A stretch of DNA of 64,000 nt from Pseudomonas sp. NY15181 (GTDB taxonomy: Bacteria > Pseudomonadota > Gammaproteobacteria > Pseudomonadales > Pseudomonadaceae). The notes below the pieces were generated by a model. It had not been told where the DNA came from. It worked only from the letters and a program-made list of their open reading frames with translations, and did not search any database. The DNA is taken from assembly GCF_048068055.1 (NCBI RefSeq), contig NZ_JBLUPT010000005.1, positions 260,509 through 324,508 of the forward strand, given 5' to 3'. Position numbers and translations under genes: made by a program. Below are positions 44,817 through 56,710 of the stretch, one piece after another; position 1 is the stretch's first letter; each line of letters opens with the position of its first letter.

Positions 44817-45074
44817 ATGGCACACAAAAAAGCTGGCGGTAGTACCCGCAACGGCCGCGATTCCGAAAGTAAACGCCTTGGCGTGAAGCTGTTCGGTAGC
44901 CAGGCTGTTAAAGCAGGCAACATCATCGTGCGTCAGCGCGGCACCCAGTTCCACGCTGGCTACGGCGTTGGCATGGGCAAGGATCACACCCTGTTCGCTA
45001 AAGTCGACGGCGTGATCAAGTTCGAAGTGAAAGGCGCCTTTGGCCGTCGCTACGTAAGCGTCGTCGCTGCCTAA
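44817..45074 (+). CDS. rpmA: 50S ribosomal protein L27
   Basis: [24 protein letters not shown]..., 85 aa. Confidence 0.95.
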   Translation: MAHKKAGGSTRNGRDSESKRLGVKLFGSQAVKAGNIIVRQRGTQFHAGYGVGMGKDHTLFAKVDGVIKFEVKGAFGRRYVSVVAA

Positions 45075-45089
45075 GCGAGCCCTCACTGA

Positions 45090-46454
<1,365 letters not shown>

Positions 46455-46515
46455 TCGGAGCGGCGTTCGCCGGTCCGGATTAAACGTGTGAAGCCTGACT
46501 TCTAAGGTTGAGGGT

Positions 46516-47634
46516 ATGCGTGAGAAGGTCACCGGCGCCAAGCGCTGGGTAGTCAAGATTGGGAGTGCGTTGCTGACCGCTGATGGTCGCGGTCTGGATC
46601 GCGACGCCATGGCAGTTTGGGTCGAGCAGATGGTTGCGCTGCACTGCGCGGGCGTCGAGCTGGTGCTGGTGTCCTCCGGTGCGGTGGCGGCGGGCATGAG
46701 CCGCCTGGGTTGGGTTTCCCGACCTAGCGACATGCACGAGCTGCAGGCGGCCGCCGCCGTGGGGCAGATGGGTCTGGTGCAGGCCTGGGAGTCCAGCTTC
46801 GGCGTGCATGGCCTGCAGACTGCCCAGGTATTGCTGACCCACGACGACCTGTCCGATCGCAAGCGCTACCTGAACGGGCGCAATACCCTGCGCACGCTGG
46901 TCGACCTCGGCGTGATCCCTGTGATCAACGAGAATGACACCGTGGTGACCGACGAAATCCGCTTCGGTGACAACGACACCCTGGCGGCGCTGGTGGCGAA
47001 TCTGGTCGAGGCCGACCTGCTGGTCATCCTTACCGATCGCGACGGCATGTTCGATGCTGACCCGCGCAACAATCCCGATGCCCAGCTGATTTTCGAAGCG
47101 CGTGCCGATGATCCGGCCCTGGATGCAGTGGCTGGCGGCACGGGCGGCGCGCTGGGGCGTGGTGGCATGCAGACCAAGCTGCGTGCAGCGCGTCTGGCGG
47201 CGCGTTCCGGTGCGCACACCGTCATCGTGGGTGGGCGTATCGAGCGCGTGCTGGATCGCCTGCGTGCCGGCGAGCGCCTGGGTACCCTGCTGACTCCCGA
47301 GCAGAGCCGCAAGGCGGCGCGCAAGCAGTGGCTGGCTGGCCATCTGCAGATGCGCGGGACGCTGGTGCTGGATGATGGTGCGGTCAAGGCTGTTGCTCAT
47401 GATCACAAGAGCCTGCTGCCGGTAGGCGTGAAAACCGTGCAGGGCAGTTTCCGTCGCGGCGAGATGGTGGTTTGCGTGGATCAGCAGGGGCGTGAAATCG
47501 CCCGTGGTCTGGCCAACTACAGCGCTCTCGAGGCGCAGAAGATCATCGGCCAGCCGACCGACGCCATCGAGAGTCTGCTCGGTTATGTGGATGGGCCGGA
47601 GCTGGTCCATCGCGACAACCTGGTGCTCGTCTGA
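46516..47634 (+). CDS. proB: glutamate 5-kinase
   Basis: 372 aa; kinase domain + C-terminal PUA domain; collinear with ProB. Confidence 0.9.
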   Translation: MREKVTGAKRWVVKIGSALLTADGRGLDRDAMAVWVEQMVALHCAGVELVLVSSGAVAAGMSRLGWVSRPSDMHELQAAAAVGQMGLVQAWESSFGVHGLQTAQVLLTHDDLSDRKRYLNGRNTLRTLVDLGVIPVINENDTVVTDEIRFGDNDTLAALVANLVEADLLVILTDRDGMFDADPRNNPDAQLIFEARADDPALDAVAGGTGGALGRGGMQTKLRAARLAARSGAHTVIVGGRIERVLDRLRAGERLGTLLTPEQSRKAARKQWLAGHLQMRGTLVLDDGAVKAVAHDHKSLLPVGVKTVQGSFRRGEMVVCVDQQGREIARGLANYSALEAQKIIGQPTDAIESLLGYVDGPELVHRDNLVLV

Positions 47635-47646
47635 GGGGGGGGATTC

Positions 47647-48105
47647 ATGCGCAAGGGATTGATGGCGGCGCTGATGCTGCTGCCGATGCTGGCGGGTGCC
47701 GAAGAGATCGGCGAAGTGTCCACGGTCTTCAAGTGGGTCGGCCCCAACGACAAGATCCTGGTGGAGGCTTTTGACGATCCCAAGGTGGAAGGTGTCAGTT
47801 GCTACCTGTCCCGCGCCAAGACTGGCGGTGTGAAGGGTGGTCTGGGTCTGGCGGAGGATCGCGCCGAGGCGTCGATCTCCTGTCGTCAGGTCGGGCCGAT
47901 CCGTTTCGTTGGCGAGCTCAAGGATGGCGAGGAGGTGTTCAAGCAGCGCACCTCGCTGGTGTTCAAGAGCATGCAGGTGGTGCGTTTCTTTGATAAGAAG
48001 CGCAACGCGCTGGTCTATCTGGTCTACAGCGACCGGGTGATCGAGGGCAGTCCGCAGAATGCGGTGACGGCGATTCCGATCATGCCGTGGCCGGCGGCGA
48101 AGTAA
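47647..48105 (+). CDS. CreA-family periplasmic protein
   Basis: 152 aa with signal peptide [18 protein letters not shown]; conserved CreA core ([15 protein letters not shown]). Confidence 0.75.
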   Translation: MRKGLMAALMLLPMLAGAEEIGEVSTVFKWVGPNDKILVEAFDDPKVEGVSCYLSRAKTGGVKGGLGLAEDRAEASISCRQVGPIRFVGELKDGEEVFKQRTSLVFKSMQVVRFFDKKRNALVYLVYSDRVIEGSPQNAVTAIPIMPWPAAK

Positions 48106-48107
48106 GT

Positions 48108-48140
48108 GAGAAGGGCGGGTGACCGCCCTTTCTTTTTGTC
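48108..48140 (+). terminator. rho-independent terminator
   Basis: GAAGGGCGGGTGACCGCCCTTTCTTTTTGT. Confidence 0.75.
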
Positions 48141-48192
48141 TGCAGGAAAGCTTTGCCTGTGGATAACTCGTTTGAGAGATAAATCGCAGGCA

Positions 48193-48230
48193 ATAAAAAA
48201 CCGGCCCTGGGGCCGGTTTTTCAAGAACGG
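48193..48230 (-). terminator. rho-independent terminator after rpsT
   Basis: AAAAACCGGCCCCAGGGCCGGTTTTTTATT on minus strand. Confidence 0.75.
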
Positions 48231-48235
48231 AACGC

Positions 48236-48505
48236 TTACGCGGTGGCCAGGGCCTTCACGTGGGCGTTCAGGCGGCTCTTGTGACGAGCGGCCTTGTTCT
48301 TGTGGATGATGCCTTTGTCGGCCATGCGGTCGATGACCGGTACGGCGGCAACCAGAGCGGCCTGGGCCTTCGGCAGGTCCTTGGCGTCGACTGCTTTGAC
48401 TACGTTCTTGATGTAGGTACGAACCATGGAACGCAGGCTGGCGTTGTGGCTGCGACGCTTCTCAGCCTGTTTGGCGCGTTTTTTGGCGGAAGGTGTGTTG
48501 GCCAC
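48236..48505 (-). CDS. rpsT: 30S ribosomal protein S20
   Basis: [26 protein letters not shown]..., 89 aa. Confidence 0.95.
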   Translation of the reverse strand: MANTPSAKKRAKQAEKRRSHNASLRSMVRTYIKNVVKAVDAKDLPKAQAALVAAVPVIDRMADKGIIHKNKAARHKSRLNAHVKALATA

Positions 48506-48758
48506 CGTCGAGCTCCTCGAAAAAAACTTGGGATGTTGCGAATAAATTAAGGCCGCGAATAATGCCGTTGCATCAGGGCCTTGTCAAGGGTATGCGCGGC
48601 CGCCGACGAGTGGTGCGACGGGCGCACGCTGGCCGCCGGATGGGGTGATTTATTCGCCCCGCGGCCCTACACTGCTGCGCTTCGCCTGGCAGCTGAGCTT
48701 TCGCTCAAGGCCAGTGCCGCGCCCGGCAGGGTCGGCCATTCTACCAGTTCTGGACGCT

Positions 48759-50297
48759 ATGAACCTACTCAAGTCGCTGGCCGCGGTCAGCTCGATGACC
48801 ATGATCTCGCGGGTGCTCGGTTTCGTGCGCGACACCATAGTCGCGCGCATGTTCGGCGCCGGCATGGCCACCGATGCCTTCTTCGTCGCCTTCAAGCTGC
48901 CCAACCTGCTGCGCCGCATCTTCGCCGAAGGCGCGTTCTCCCAGGCCTTCGTGCCGATCCTGGCTGAATACAAGACCCAGCAGGGCGAGGAGGCGACCCG
49001 CACCTTCATCGCCTATGTATCCGGCCTGCTGACGCTGATCCTGGCGCTCGTCACCGTCCTCGGCATCCTGGCCGCGCCCTGGGTGATCTGGGTGACGGCG
49101 CCCGGCTTCGTCGATTCGACCGAGAAGTTCGAGCTCACCAGTTCCCTGCTGCGGGTGACCTTTCCTTATATCCTGCTGATCTCGCTGGCGTCCCTGGCGG
49201 GAGCGATCCTCAATACCTGGAACCGCTTCTCGGTGCCGGCCTTCGTGCCGACACTGCTGAACGTCAGCATGATCCTGTTCTCGCTGTTCCTCACGCCGTA
49301 CTTCGACCCGCCGATCATGGCGCTGGGCTGGGCAGTGCTGGCCGGCGGCCTGGCGCAGCTGCTTTACCAACTGCCGCACCTGAAGAAGATCGGCATGCTG
49401 GTGCTGCCGCGCATCAATCTGCGTGATTCCGGCGTGTGGCGCGTGCTCAAGCAGATGGGGCCGGCGATCCTCGGCGTCTCGGTCAGCCAGATTTCGCTGA
49501 TCATCAACACCATATTCGCCTCTTTCCTGGTCGCCGGTTCCGTGTCCTGGATGTACTACGCGGACCGCCTGATGGAGCTGCCGTCCGGTGTGCTGGGCGT
49601 GGCTCTGGGCACCATCCTGCTGCCGTCCCTGGCCAAGACCTACGCCAGCGATGATCGCCACGAGTATTCGCGCCTGATGGACTGGGGCCTGCGCCTGTGC
49701 TTCCTGCTGGTGCTGCCGTGCTCCCTGGCCCTGGCGGTGATCGCCGAGCCGTTGACCGTCGCGCTGTTCCAGTACGGCAAGTTCAGCGCCCACGACGCCC
49801 TGATGACCCAGCGCGCGCTGATCGCCTATGCGGTCGGCCTGCTCGGGATCATCCTGGTGAAAGTGCTGGCTCCGGGCTTCTACGCGCGGCAGAACATCAA
49901 GACGCCGGTGAAGATTGCACTGTTCACCCTGGTTTCCACCCAGTTGATGAACCTGGTATTCATCGGTCCGCTCAAACATGCCGGCCTTGCCCTGGCGATC
50001 AGCCTGGCGGCCTGCCTGAACGCCGGGCTGCTGTTCTGGCAGTTGCGCAAGCACCAGTTGTTCGAGCCGCAGCCAGGCTGGGGCAAGTTCATCGCGAAAT
50101 TGGTGATATCTGTACTGGTGATGTGCGCCGTCCTGGTCGGCATGATGTACGTCATGCCGGCCTGGGACGAGGGCGGGATGACGATTCGCCTGGTGCGTCT
50201 GGGCGCGCTGGTGGTGGCCGGCGTGGTCGCCTATTTCGGTATGCTGGCGCTGCTGGGCTTCCGTCTGCGGGACTTCTCCCGCCGCGCGGTGCTGTAA
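48759..50297 (+). CDS. murJ: lipid II flippase MurJ (MviN)
   Basis: ATG at 48759 gives [35 protein letters not shown]..., 512 aa, 14 TM. Confidence 0.95.
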   Translation: MNLLKSLAAVSSMTMISRVLGFVRDTIVARMFGAGMATDAFFVAFKLPNLLRRIFAEGAFSQAFVPILAEYKTQQGEEATRTFIAYVSGLLTLILALVTVLGILAAPWVIWVTAPGFVDSTEKFELTSSLLRVTFPYILLISLASLAGAILNTWNRFSVPAFVPTLLNVSMILFSLFLTPYFDPPIMALGWAVLAGGLAQLLYQLPHLKKIGMLVLPRINLRDSGVWRVLKQMGPAILGVSVSQISLIINTIFASFLVAGSVSWMYYADRLMELPSGVLGVALGTILLPSLAKTYASDDRHEYSRLMDWGLRLCFLLVLPCSLALAVIAEPLTVALFQYGKFSAHDALMTQRALIAYAVGLLGIILVKVLAPGFYARQNIKTPVKIALFTLVSTQLMNLVFIGPLKHAGLALAISLAACLNAGLLFWQLRKHQLFEPQPGWGKFIAKLVISVLVMCAVLVGMMYVMPAWDEGGMTIRLVRLGALVVAGVVAYFGMLALLGFRLRDFSRRAVL

Positions 50298-50403
50298 CCT
50301 TCGCCGGGCAAAGCATTGCATCCGCTTTCGGCGACGGCATTTTGCCTGTCGCACGGCGGCGGGTGTGGGTATAATCGACCACTTTCTGAGCAATACGCGC
50401 GCT

Positions 50404-51342
50404 ATGCAGCTGCTTCGAGGCCTTCACAACCTGCGGCCCCTGTCCGGGGGCTGTGTCGCCACCATCGGTAATTTCGACGGCGTCCATCTCGGCCACCAGG
50501 CGATCCTGGGGCGTCTGCGCGAGCGTTCGCTGGAGCTGGGCGTGCCCAGCTGTGTGGTGATCTTCGAGCCGCAGCCGCGCGAGTACTTTGCGCCGGATGC
50601 CGCGCCGGTACGCCTGACTCGCCTGCGTGAGAAGCTCGAACTGCTGCGCCAGTATGGCGTCGATTTCGTTCTCTGCCTGGCGTTCAATCGCCGCCTGCGC
50701 GAGCTGTCGGCCGCCGAGTTCGTCCGCCAGGTGCTGGTGGAGGGCCTGCGGGTCCGCCATCTGGAAGTGGGCGACGATTTCCGCTTCGGCTGCGACCGTT
50801 CCGGCGACTTCGCCTTCCTGGTCAAGGCCAGCGCGGAGCAGGGCTTCACCGTCGAAGCCGCCACCACCGTAGAAGTCGACGGTATGCGCGTGAGCAGCTC
50901 GCGCATCCGCAAGGACCTGGCCGACGGCGACCTGCACATGGTCGAGCGCCTGCTGGGTCGTCCGTATCGCCTGAGCGGCCGTGTGCTGCACGGGCAGAAG
51001 CTGGGCCGCACGCTGGGTTCGCCCACCGCGAACATCCAGCTCAAACGCCGCAAGGCGCCGCTCAATGGGGTTTACCTGGTCAGCACCCTGGTGGCTGGCC
51101 AGCGCTGCAACGGGGTTGCCAACATCGGCACCCGACCGTCTGTGAATGGCGACGGCCGGCCCCACCTGGAAGTGCATCTGCTGGATTTCGCTGGCGACCT
51201 TTACGGCCAGCATCTGGACATCACTTTCCACCAGAAGCTGCGTGATGAGCAGCGTTTTGCCTCGCTGGAGGCACTCAAGGCGGCCATCCTCGCCGACATC
51301 GCCGCCGCCCGGGCCTATTGGCTGGGCCAACCGCTTGATTGA
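50404..51342 (+). CDS. ribF: bifunctional riboflavin kinase / FMN adenylyltransferase
   Basis: ATG at 50404 gives MQLLRGLHNLRPLSGGCVATIGNFDGVHLGHQ, collinear with E. coli RibF (312 aa). Confidence 0.95.
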   Translation: MQLLRGLHNLRPLSGGCVATIGNFDGVHLGHQAILGRLRERSLELGVPSCVVIFEPQPREYFAPDAAPVRLTRLREKLELLRQYGVDFVLCLAFNRRLRELSAAEFVRQVLVEGLRVRHLEVGDDFRFGCDRSGDFAFLVKASAEQGFTVEAATTVEVDGMRVSSSRIRKDLADGDLHMVERLLGRPYRLSGRVLHGQKLGRTLGSPTANIQLKRRKAPLNGVYLVSTLVAGQRCNGVANIGTRPSVNGDGRPHLEVHLLDFAGDLYGQHLDITFHQKLRDEQRFASLEALKAAILADIAAARAYWLGQPLD

Positions 51343-51363
51343 AGATCCTGAACAGGCCCTGAG

Positions 51364-54198
51364 ATGACCGATTACAAAGCCACTCTGAACCTTCCCGAAA
51401 CCGACTTCCCGATGAAAGCCGGCCTGCCGCAGCGCGAGCCGCAGACCCTCAAGCTCTGGAACGACATTGGCCTGTACCAGAAGCTGCGGAAGATTGGCGA
51501 AGGTCGCCCGAAATTCATCCTGCACGATGGCCCGCCCTACGCCAACGGCAGCATCCACATCGGTCACGCGGTCAACAAGATCCTCAAGGACATCATCGTC
51601 CGCTCCAAGACCCTGGCCGGCTACGACGCCCCCTACGTGCCGGGCTGGGACTGCCACGGCCTGCCGATCGAGCACAAGGTCGAGACCACCCACGGCAAGA
51701 ACCTGCCGGCGGACAAGACCCGCGAGCTGTGCCGCGAATACGCCGCCGAGCAGATCGAAGGGCAGAAGGCCGACTTCATCCGCCTGGGCGTGCTGGGCGA
51801 GTGGGACAACCCCTACAAGACCATGGCGTTCGCCAACGAGGCCGGTGAAATCCGCGCGCTGGCCGAGATGGTCAAGCAGGGCTTCGTGTTCAAGGGCCTG
51901 AAGCCGGTGAACTGGTGCTTCGACTGCGGTTCGGCCCTGGCCGAGGCGGAAGTCGAGTACGCCGACAAGAAGTCCGACGCCATCGACGTCGCCTTCCCGG
52001 TGGAAGACGCAGACAAGCTGGCCGCCGCCTTTGGCCTGGCGAGCCTGTCCAAGCCGGCCGCCATCGTCATCTGGACCACCACCCCCTGGACCATCCCGGC
52101 CAACCAGGCGCTGAACGTCCACCCCGAATTCACCTACGCGCTGGTCGATACCGGTGAGCGCCTGCTGGTGCTGGCCGAAGAGCTGGTCGAGTCCTGCCTG
52201 CAGCGTTATGGCCTGGAAGGCCAGGTCATCGCCACCGCACAAGGTGAAGCGCTGGACCTGATCCGCTTCCGCCACCCGTTCTACGAGCGCTTCTCGCCGG
52301 TCTACCTGGCCGAGTACGTCGAGCTGGGCGCCGGCACCGGCGTGGTTCACTCCGCCCCGGCCTACGGCGAGGACGACTTCCGTACCTGCAAGCAGTACGG
52401 CATGGTCAACGACGACATCCTCAGCCCCGTGCAGAGCAACGGCGTGTACGTGGCCGACCTGCCGTTCTTCGGCGGCCAGTTCATCTGGAAGGCCAACCCG
52501 GCCATCGTCGCCAAGCTGGACGAAGTGGGCGCGCTGCTCAAGCACGCCAGCATCAGCCACAGCTACATGCACTGCTGGCGCCACAAGACCCCGCTGATCT
52601 ACCGCGCCACCGCGCAGTGGTTCGTCGGCATGGACAAGCAGCCGGAAGCCGGCGCCACCCTGCGTGAGCGCGCGCTGCAGGCCATCACCGAAACCGATTT
52701 CGTGCCCAACTGGGGCCAGGCGCGCCTGCACGGCATGATCGCCGGCCGTCCGGACTGGTGCATCTCGCGCCAGCGCAACTGGGGCGTGCCGATTCCGTTC
52801 TTCCTGCACAAGGCCACCGGCGAGCTGCACCCGCGTACCGTCGAGCTGATGGAAGCGGTTGCCCAGCGCGTCGAGCAGTCGGGCATCGAGGCCTGGTTCA
52901 AGCTCGACGCCGCCGAACTGCTGGGCGATGAAGCCGCGCAGTACGACAAGATCAACGACACCCTGGACGTCTGGTTCGACTCCGGCACCACCCACTGGCA
53001 CGTGCTGCGCGGCTCCCACGCCGAGCTGGGCCATGCCAGCGGTCCGGCCGCCGACCTCTACCTGGAAGGCTCCGACCAGCATCGCGGCTGGTTCCACTCG
53101 TCCTTGCTGACCGGCTGCGCCATCGACGGCCACGCGCCGTACCGCCAGTTGCTGACCCACGGCTTCACCGTGGACGAGTCGGGCCGCAAGATGTCCAAGT
53201 CGCTGGGTAACGTGATCGCCCCGCAGCAGGTTACCGACACGCTGGGCGCCGACATCCTGCGCCTGTGGGTTTCCGCCACCGACTACTCGGGCGAGATGGC
53301 GGTTTCCCAGACGATCCTGCAGCGCAGCGCCGATGCCTATCGCCGCATCCGCAACACCGCGCGCTTCCTGCTTTCCAACCTGTCCGGCTTCGACCCGGCC
53401 AAGGACCTGCTGCCCAACGACGAGCTGCTGGCCCTGGACCGCTGGGCCATCGACCGAGCGCTGCAGCTGCAGCGCGAGCTGGAAGAGGCCTACCGCGACT
53501 ACCGCTTCTGGAACGTCTACTCCAAGGTGCACAACTTCTGCGTGCAGGAGCTGGGCGGCTTCTACCTGGACATCATCAAGGACCGCCAGTACACCACCCA
53601 GGAAAACAGCGTCGCCCGCCGTTCCTGCCAGACCGCGCTGTTCCACATCGCCGAGGCCCTGGTGCGCTGGATCGCCCCGATCCTGGCGTTCACCGCCGAG
53701 GAAATCTGGAGCTTCCTGCCGGGCGAGCGCGCCGAGTCGGTGATGCTGACCACCTGGTATGACGGCCTGTCCGAGCTGCCGGCCGACGCCGAACTGGACC
53801 GCGCCTACTGGGACGAAGTCATGGCCGCCAAGGCTGCCGTGAACAAGGAACTGGAGAACCAGCGCAGCGCCAAGACCATCGGCGGCAACCTGCAGGCCGA
53901 GATCACCCTCTACGCCGAAGATTCCCTGGCCAAGCGCCTGGAGAAACTGGGCAACGAGCTGCGCTTCGTGCTGATCACCTCCGCCGCCACCGTCGCGCCG
54001 CTGGCCGACGCGCCGGCCGACGCGGTGGAGAGCGAACTGCCGGGCCTGAAGCTGAAGGTGGCCAAGTCCGCCCACGCCAAGTGCGGCCGTTGCTGGCACT
54101 TCCGCGCCGACGTCGGCAGCTATGCCGCGCACCCGGAACTGTGCGGCCGCTGCGTTGAGAACATCGATGGCGCCGGCGAGGTCCGCCACTATGCCTGA
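51364..54198 (+). CDS. ileS: isoleucyl-tRNA synthetase
   Basis: 944 aa; HIGH ([11 protein letters not shown]) and KMSKS motifs; C-terminal zinc-binding CGRCWH. Confidence 0.97.
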   Translation: MTDYKATLNLPETDFPMKAGLPQREPQTLKLWNDIGLYQKLRKIGEGRPKFILHDGPPYANGSIHIGHAVNKILKDIIVRSKTLAGYDAPYVPGWDCHGLPIEHKVETTHGKNLPADKTRELCREYAAEQIEGQKADFIRLGVLGEWDNPYKTMAFANEAGEIRALAEMVKQGFVFKGLKPVNWCFDCGSALAEAEVEYADKKSDAIDVAFPVEDADKLAAAFGLASLSKPAAIVIWTTTPWTIPANQALNVHPEFTYALVDTGERLLVLAEELVESCLQRYGLEGQVIATAQGEALDLIRFRHPFYERFSPVYLAEYVELGAGTGVVHSAPAYGEDDFRTCKQYGMVNDDILSPVQSNGVYVADLPFFGGQFIWKANPAIVAKLDEVGALLKHASISHSYMHCWRHKTPLIYRATAQWFVGMDKQPEAGATLRERALQAITETDFVPNWGQARLHGMIAGRPDWCISRQRNWGVPIPFFLHKATGELHPRTVELMEAVAQRVEQSGIEAWFKLDAAELLGDEAAQYDKINDTLDVWFDSGTTHWHVLRGSHAELGHASGPAADLYLEGSDQHRGWFHSSLLTGCAIDGHAPYRQLLTHGFTVDESGRKMSKSLGNVIAPQQVTDTLGADILRLWVSATDYSGEMAVSQTILQRSADAYRRIRNTARFLLSNLSGFDPAKDLLPNDELLALDRWAIDRALQLQRELEEAYRDYRFWNVYSKVHNFCVQELGGFYLDIIKDRQYTTQENSVARRSCQTALFHIAEALVRWIAPILAFTAEEIWSFLPGERAESVMLTTWYDGLSELPADAELDRAYWDEVMAAKAAVNKELENQRSAKTIGGNLQAEITLYAEDSLAKRLEKLGNELRFVLITSAATVAPLADAPADAVESELPGLKLKVAKSAHAKCGRCWHFRADVGSYAAHPELCGRCVENIDGAGEVRHYA

Positions 54199-54694
54199 TC
54201 GTTTCGGCCGCCTTGGCTGGCTGTGGATCACCGTGCTGGTGTTCGTGCTGGACCAGGTGAGCAAGGCCTTCTTCCAGGCTGAGCTGACCATGTACCAGCA
54301 GATCGTGGTCATCCCCGATCTGTTCAGCTGGACCCTGGCCTACAACACTGGCGCGGCCTTCAGCTTCCTGGCCGATGGCTCGGGCTGGCAGCGCTGGCTG
54401 TTCGCCCTGATCGCCATCGTGGTGAGCGCCGTGCTGGTGGTCTGGCTCAAGCGCCTGAAGCGCGGCGAGACCTGGCTGGCCATCGCCCTGGCCCTGGTGC
54501 TGGGCGGTGCGCTGGGCAACCTGTACGACCGCATCGTGCTCGGTCACGTGGTCGACTTCATCCTGGTGCACTGGCAGAACCGCTGGTATTTCCCGGCGTT
54601 CAACCTGGCCGACAGCGCCATCACCGTCGGCGCCATCATGCTGGCGCTGGATATGTTCAAATCGAAGAAGTCCGGAGAAACCGCCCATGGCTGA
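54191..54694 (+). CDS. lspA: lipoprotein signal peptidase II
   Basis: ATG at 54191 (8-nt overlap with ileS) gives [25 protein letters not shown]..., 167 aa; conserved LGNLYDR and FNLADSAI motifs. Confidence 0.95.
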   Translation: MPDRFGRLGWLWITVLVFVLDQVSKAFFQAELTMYQQIVVIPDLFSWTLAYNTGAAFSFLADGSGWQRWLFALIAIVVSAVLVVWLKRLKRGETWLAIALALVLGGALGNLYDRIVLGHVVDFILVHWQNRWYFPAFNLADSAITVGAIMLALDMFKSKKSGETAHG

Positions 54695-55139
54695 GTCTTC
54701 TGCAACCATTCAGCGTATCGGTGCGGATACCCAGGTCACCCTGCATTTCGCCCTCAAGCTGGAAGACGGCAATGTCGTCGACAGCACCTTCGACAAGCAG
54801 CCGGCCACCTTCAAGGTCGGCGACGGCAACCTCCTGCCGGGCTTCGAGCAGGCGCTGTTCGGCCTCAAGGCCGGCGACAAGCGCACCCTGAACATCCAGC
54901 CGGAGCAGGGCTTCGGCCAGCCGAACCCGGCCAACGTGCAGGTGATGCCGCGCGACCAGTTCCAGGACATGGAGCTGGCCGAGGGCCTGCTGGTGATCTT
55001 CAACGACGCCGCCAAGACCGAGCTGCCGGGCATCGTCAAAGCTTTCGATGACCAGCACGTCACCATCGATTTCAACCATCCGCTGGCCGGCAAAACGCTG
55101 GCCTTCGATGTCGATATCATTGACGTCAAACTTGCCTGA
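54687..55139 (+). CDS. fkpB: FKBP-type peptidyl-prolyl isomerase FkpB (SlpA-like)
   Basis: ATG at 54687 gives [55 protein letters not shown]..., 150 aa. Confidence 0.9.
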   Translation: MAESSATIQRIGADTQVTLHFALKLEDGNVVDSTFDKQPATFKVGDGNLLPGFEQALFGLKAGDKRTLNIQPEQGFGQPNPANVQVMPRDQFQDMELAEGLLVIFNDAAKTELPGIVKAFDDQHVTIDFNHPLAGKTLAFDVDIIDVKLA

Positions 55140-55235
55140 ATGAGCGGGCGGCCCGTGTAAGCGGGCCGTTACGCATGCGGCGAAGAACTCCTACCGGCCC
55201 CTTGTGGGCCGGCTTGCTTAGCACCCGAGGCCACC

Positions 55236-56180
55236 ATGCAAATCAAACTCGCCAATCCCCGCGGCTTCTGCGCCGGCGTCGACCGGGCGATCGAGATCGT
55301 CAACCGCGCCCTCGACGTGTTCGGCCCACCGATCTATGTGCGCCATGAAGTGGTGCACAACAAGTTCGTGGTGGAAAATCTGCGCAATCGCGGTGCCGTG
55401 TTCGTCGAGGAACTCGACCAGGTGCCGGACGACACCATCGTCATCTTCAGCGCCCACGGCGTTTCCCAGGCCGTGCGCAAGGAGGCCGAGAATCGCGGCC
55501 TGAAGGTCTTCGATGCGACCTGCCCGCTGGTGACCAAGGTGCATATGGAAGTGGTGCGCTACAGCCGCGACGGCCACGAATGCATCCTGATCGGCCACGA
55601 GGGCCACCCGGAAGTGGAAGGCACCATGGGCCAGTACGATGCGTCGAGTGGCGGCGCCATCTACCTGGTGGAAGACGAGGAGGATGTGGCTGCGCTGGAG
55701 GTTCGCAACGCCGAGGCGCTGCACTTCGTGACCCAGACCACCCTGTCGATGGATGACACCTCCAAGGTGATCGACGCCCTGCGCGCCAAGTTCCCGCACA
55801 TCCAGGGCCCGCGCAAGAACGACATCTGCTACGCCACCCAGAACCGCCAGGACGCGGTGAAGGAACTGGCCGACCAGTGCGATGTGGTGCTCGTAGTCGG
55901 CAGTCCTAACAGCTCCAACTCTAACCGCCTGCGCGAGCTGGCCGAGCGCATGGGCACCCCCGGCTATCTGATCGACGGCGCCGAGGACCTGAAGAAAGAG
56001 TGGTTCGATGGTGTGCAGCGCGTCGGCATCACCGCCGGCGCCTCGGCCCCGGAAGTCCTGGTGCGCGGTGTGATCCAGCAACTGCGTGACTGGGGCGCGG
56101 AGCCCGAGGTGGAACTGGATGGCCGGGAGGAGAACATTACCTTCTCGATGCCCAAGGAACTGCGGGTGAAGGCTGTCTGA
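55236..56180 (+). CDS. ispH: 4-hydroxy-3-methylbut-2-enyl diphosphate reductase
   Basis: [19 protein letters not shown]..., 314 aa, three conserved Cys for the 4Fe-4S cluster. Confidence 0.95.
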   Translation: MQIKLANPRGFCAGVDRAIEIVNRALDVFGPPIYVRHEVVHNKFVVENLRNRGAVFVEELDQVPDDTIVIFSAHGVSQAVRKEAENRGLKVFDATCPLVTKVHMEVVRYSRDGHECILIGHEGHPEVEGTMGQYDASSGGAIYLVEDEEDVAALEVRNAEALHFVTQTTLSMDDTSKVIDALRAKFPHIQGPRKNDICYATQNRQDAVKELADQCDVVLVVGSPNSSNSNRLRELAERMGTPGYLIDGAEDLKKEWFDGVQRVGITAGASAPEVLVRGVIQQLRDWGAEPEVELDGREENITFSMPKELRVKAV

Positions 56181-56185
56181 GCCGA

Positions 56186-56226
56186 GTCCGGAAACAAAAA
56201 AGCCCGATCCTGTGATCGGGCTTTTT
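56186..56226. terminator. bidirectional rho-independent terminator (ispH / pilE)
   Basis: AAAAAAGCCCGATCCTGTGATCGGGCTTTTTCATGG. Confidence 0.8.
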
Positions 56227-56242
56227 CATGGGTGGCTATCCG

Positions 56243-56710
56243 CTAGCGGCGCCAGCACTGGCCCAGGGTGGCGCCACTACCTTGGCCTTTCACGCCGGCG
56301 TTGTTCAATGTCAGCGTTCCGCAGCTGTCACCGGACATCGCCCCCTTGGGTGTTGCACTCAATACATAGGTGGTTGACGTCGGGTTTCCGGAGAAGGCCA
56401 GGGTGTAGTACTTGCTCGCCCCATCCTTGGGGGCCTCGCTGAAGGGGAGGGTGACCGCGGCATTGGCGCTGGTGGTATAGCGGCCGTTGGCGGTGTAGTA
56501 GCGCTCCATGAACTGGGACAGCTCCATGAGCGACGCCTGGGCATCGGCGCGGCGCGCCTTCCTCACATACTCCTGGTAGGACGGATAGGCCACGGCGGAG
56601 ATGATGGCGACGATCGCCACCACCACCATCAGCTCGATCAGCGTAAAACCGTGGTTGCGCTGGCAGCTTCCGAGCCTGGGTACAGCTGGGGACATCGTTT
56701 CTTTCTCCAT
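56243..56710 (-). CDS. pilE: type IV minor pilin PilE
   Basis: Track ORF 56243..57148 is over-extended. Start taken at MEKET (155 aa): this ATG overlaps the pilY1 stop as TAATG; a second in-frame Met lies 5 codons downstream. Class III signal with GFTLIELMVVVAIVAIISAVAYPSYQEY and C-terminal Cys pair (...DSCGTL...GQCWRR); leader is unusually long (15-20 aa). Confidence 0.8.
   Translation of the reverse strand: MEKETMSPAVPRLGSCQRNHGFTLIELMVVVAIVAIISAVAYPSYQEYVRKARRADAQASLMELSQFMERYYTANGRYTTSANAAVTLPFSEAPKDGASKYYTLAFSGNPTSTTYVLSATPKGAMSGDSCGTLTLNNAGVKGQGSGATLGQCWRR

Noticed and set aside
50152-54312. 1386-aa ORF antisense to ileS; similar long antisense ORFs at 5779..7596 (vs acyl-CoA synthetase), 14868..16403 and 15727..16833 (vs permease), 18950..23089 (vs morA), 2867..4096 (vs MFS)
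   Set aside because: Low-complexity Arg/Gly/Ala/Asp-rich translations typical of the reverse strand of high-GC genes; the sense-strand products have clear conserved motifs.
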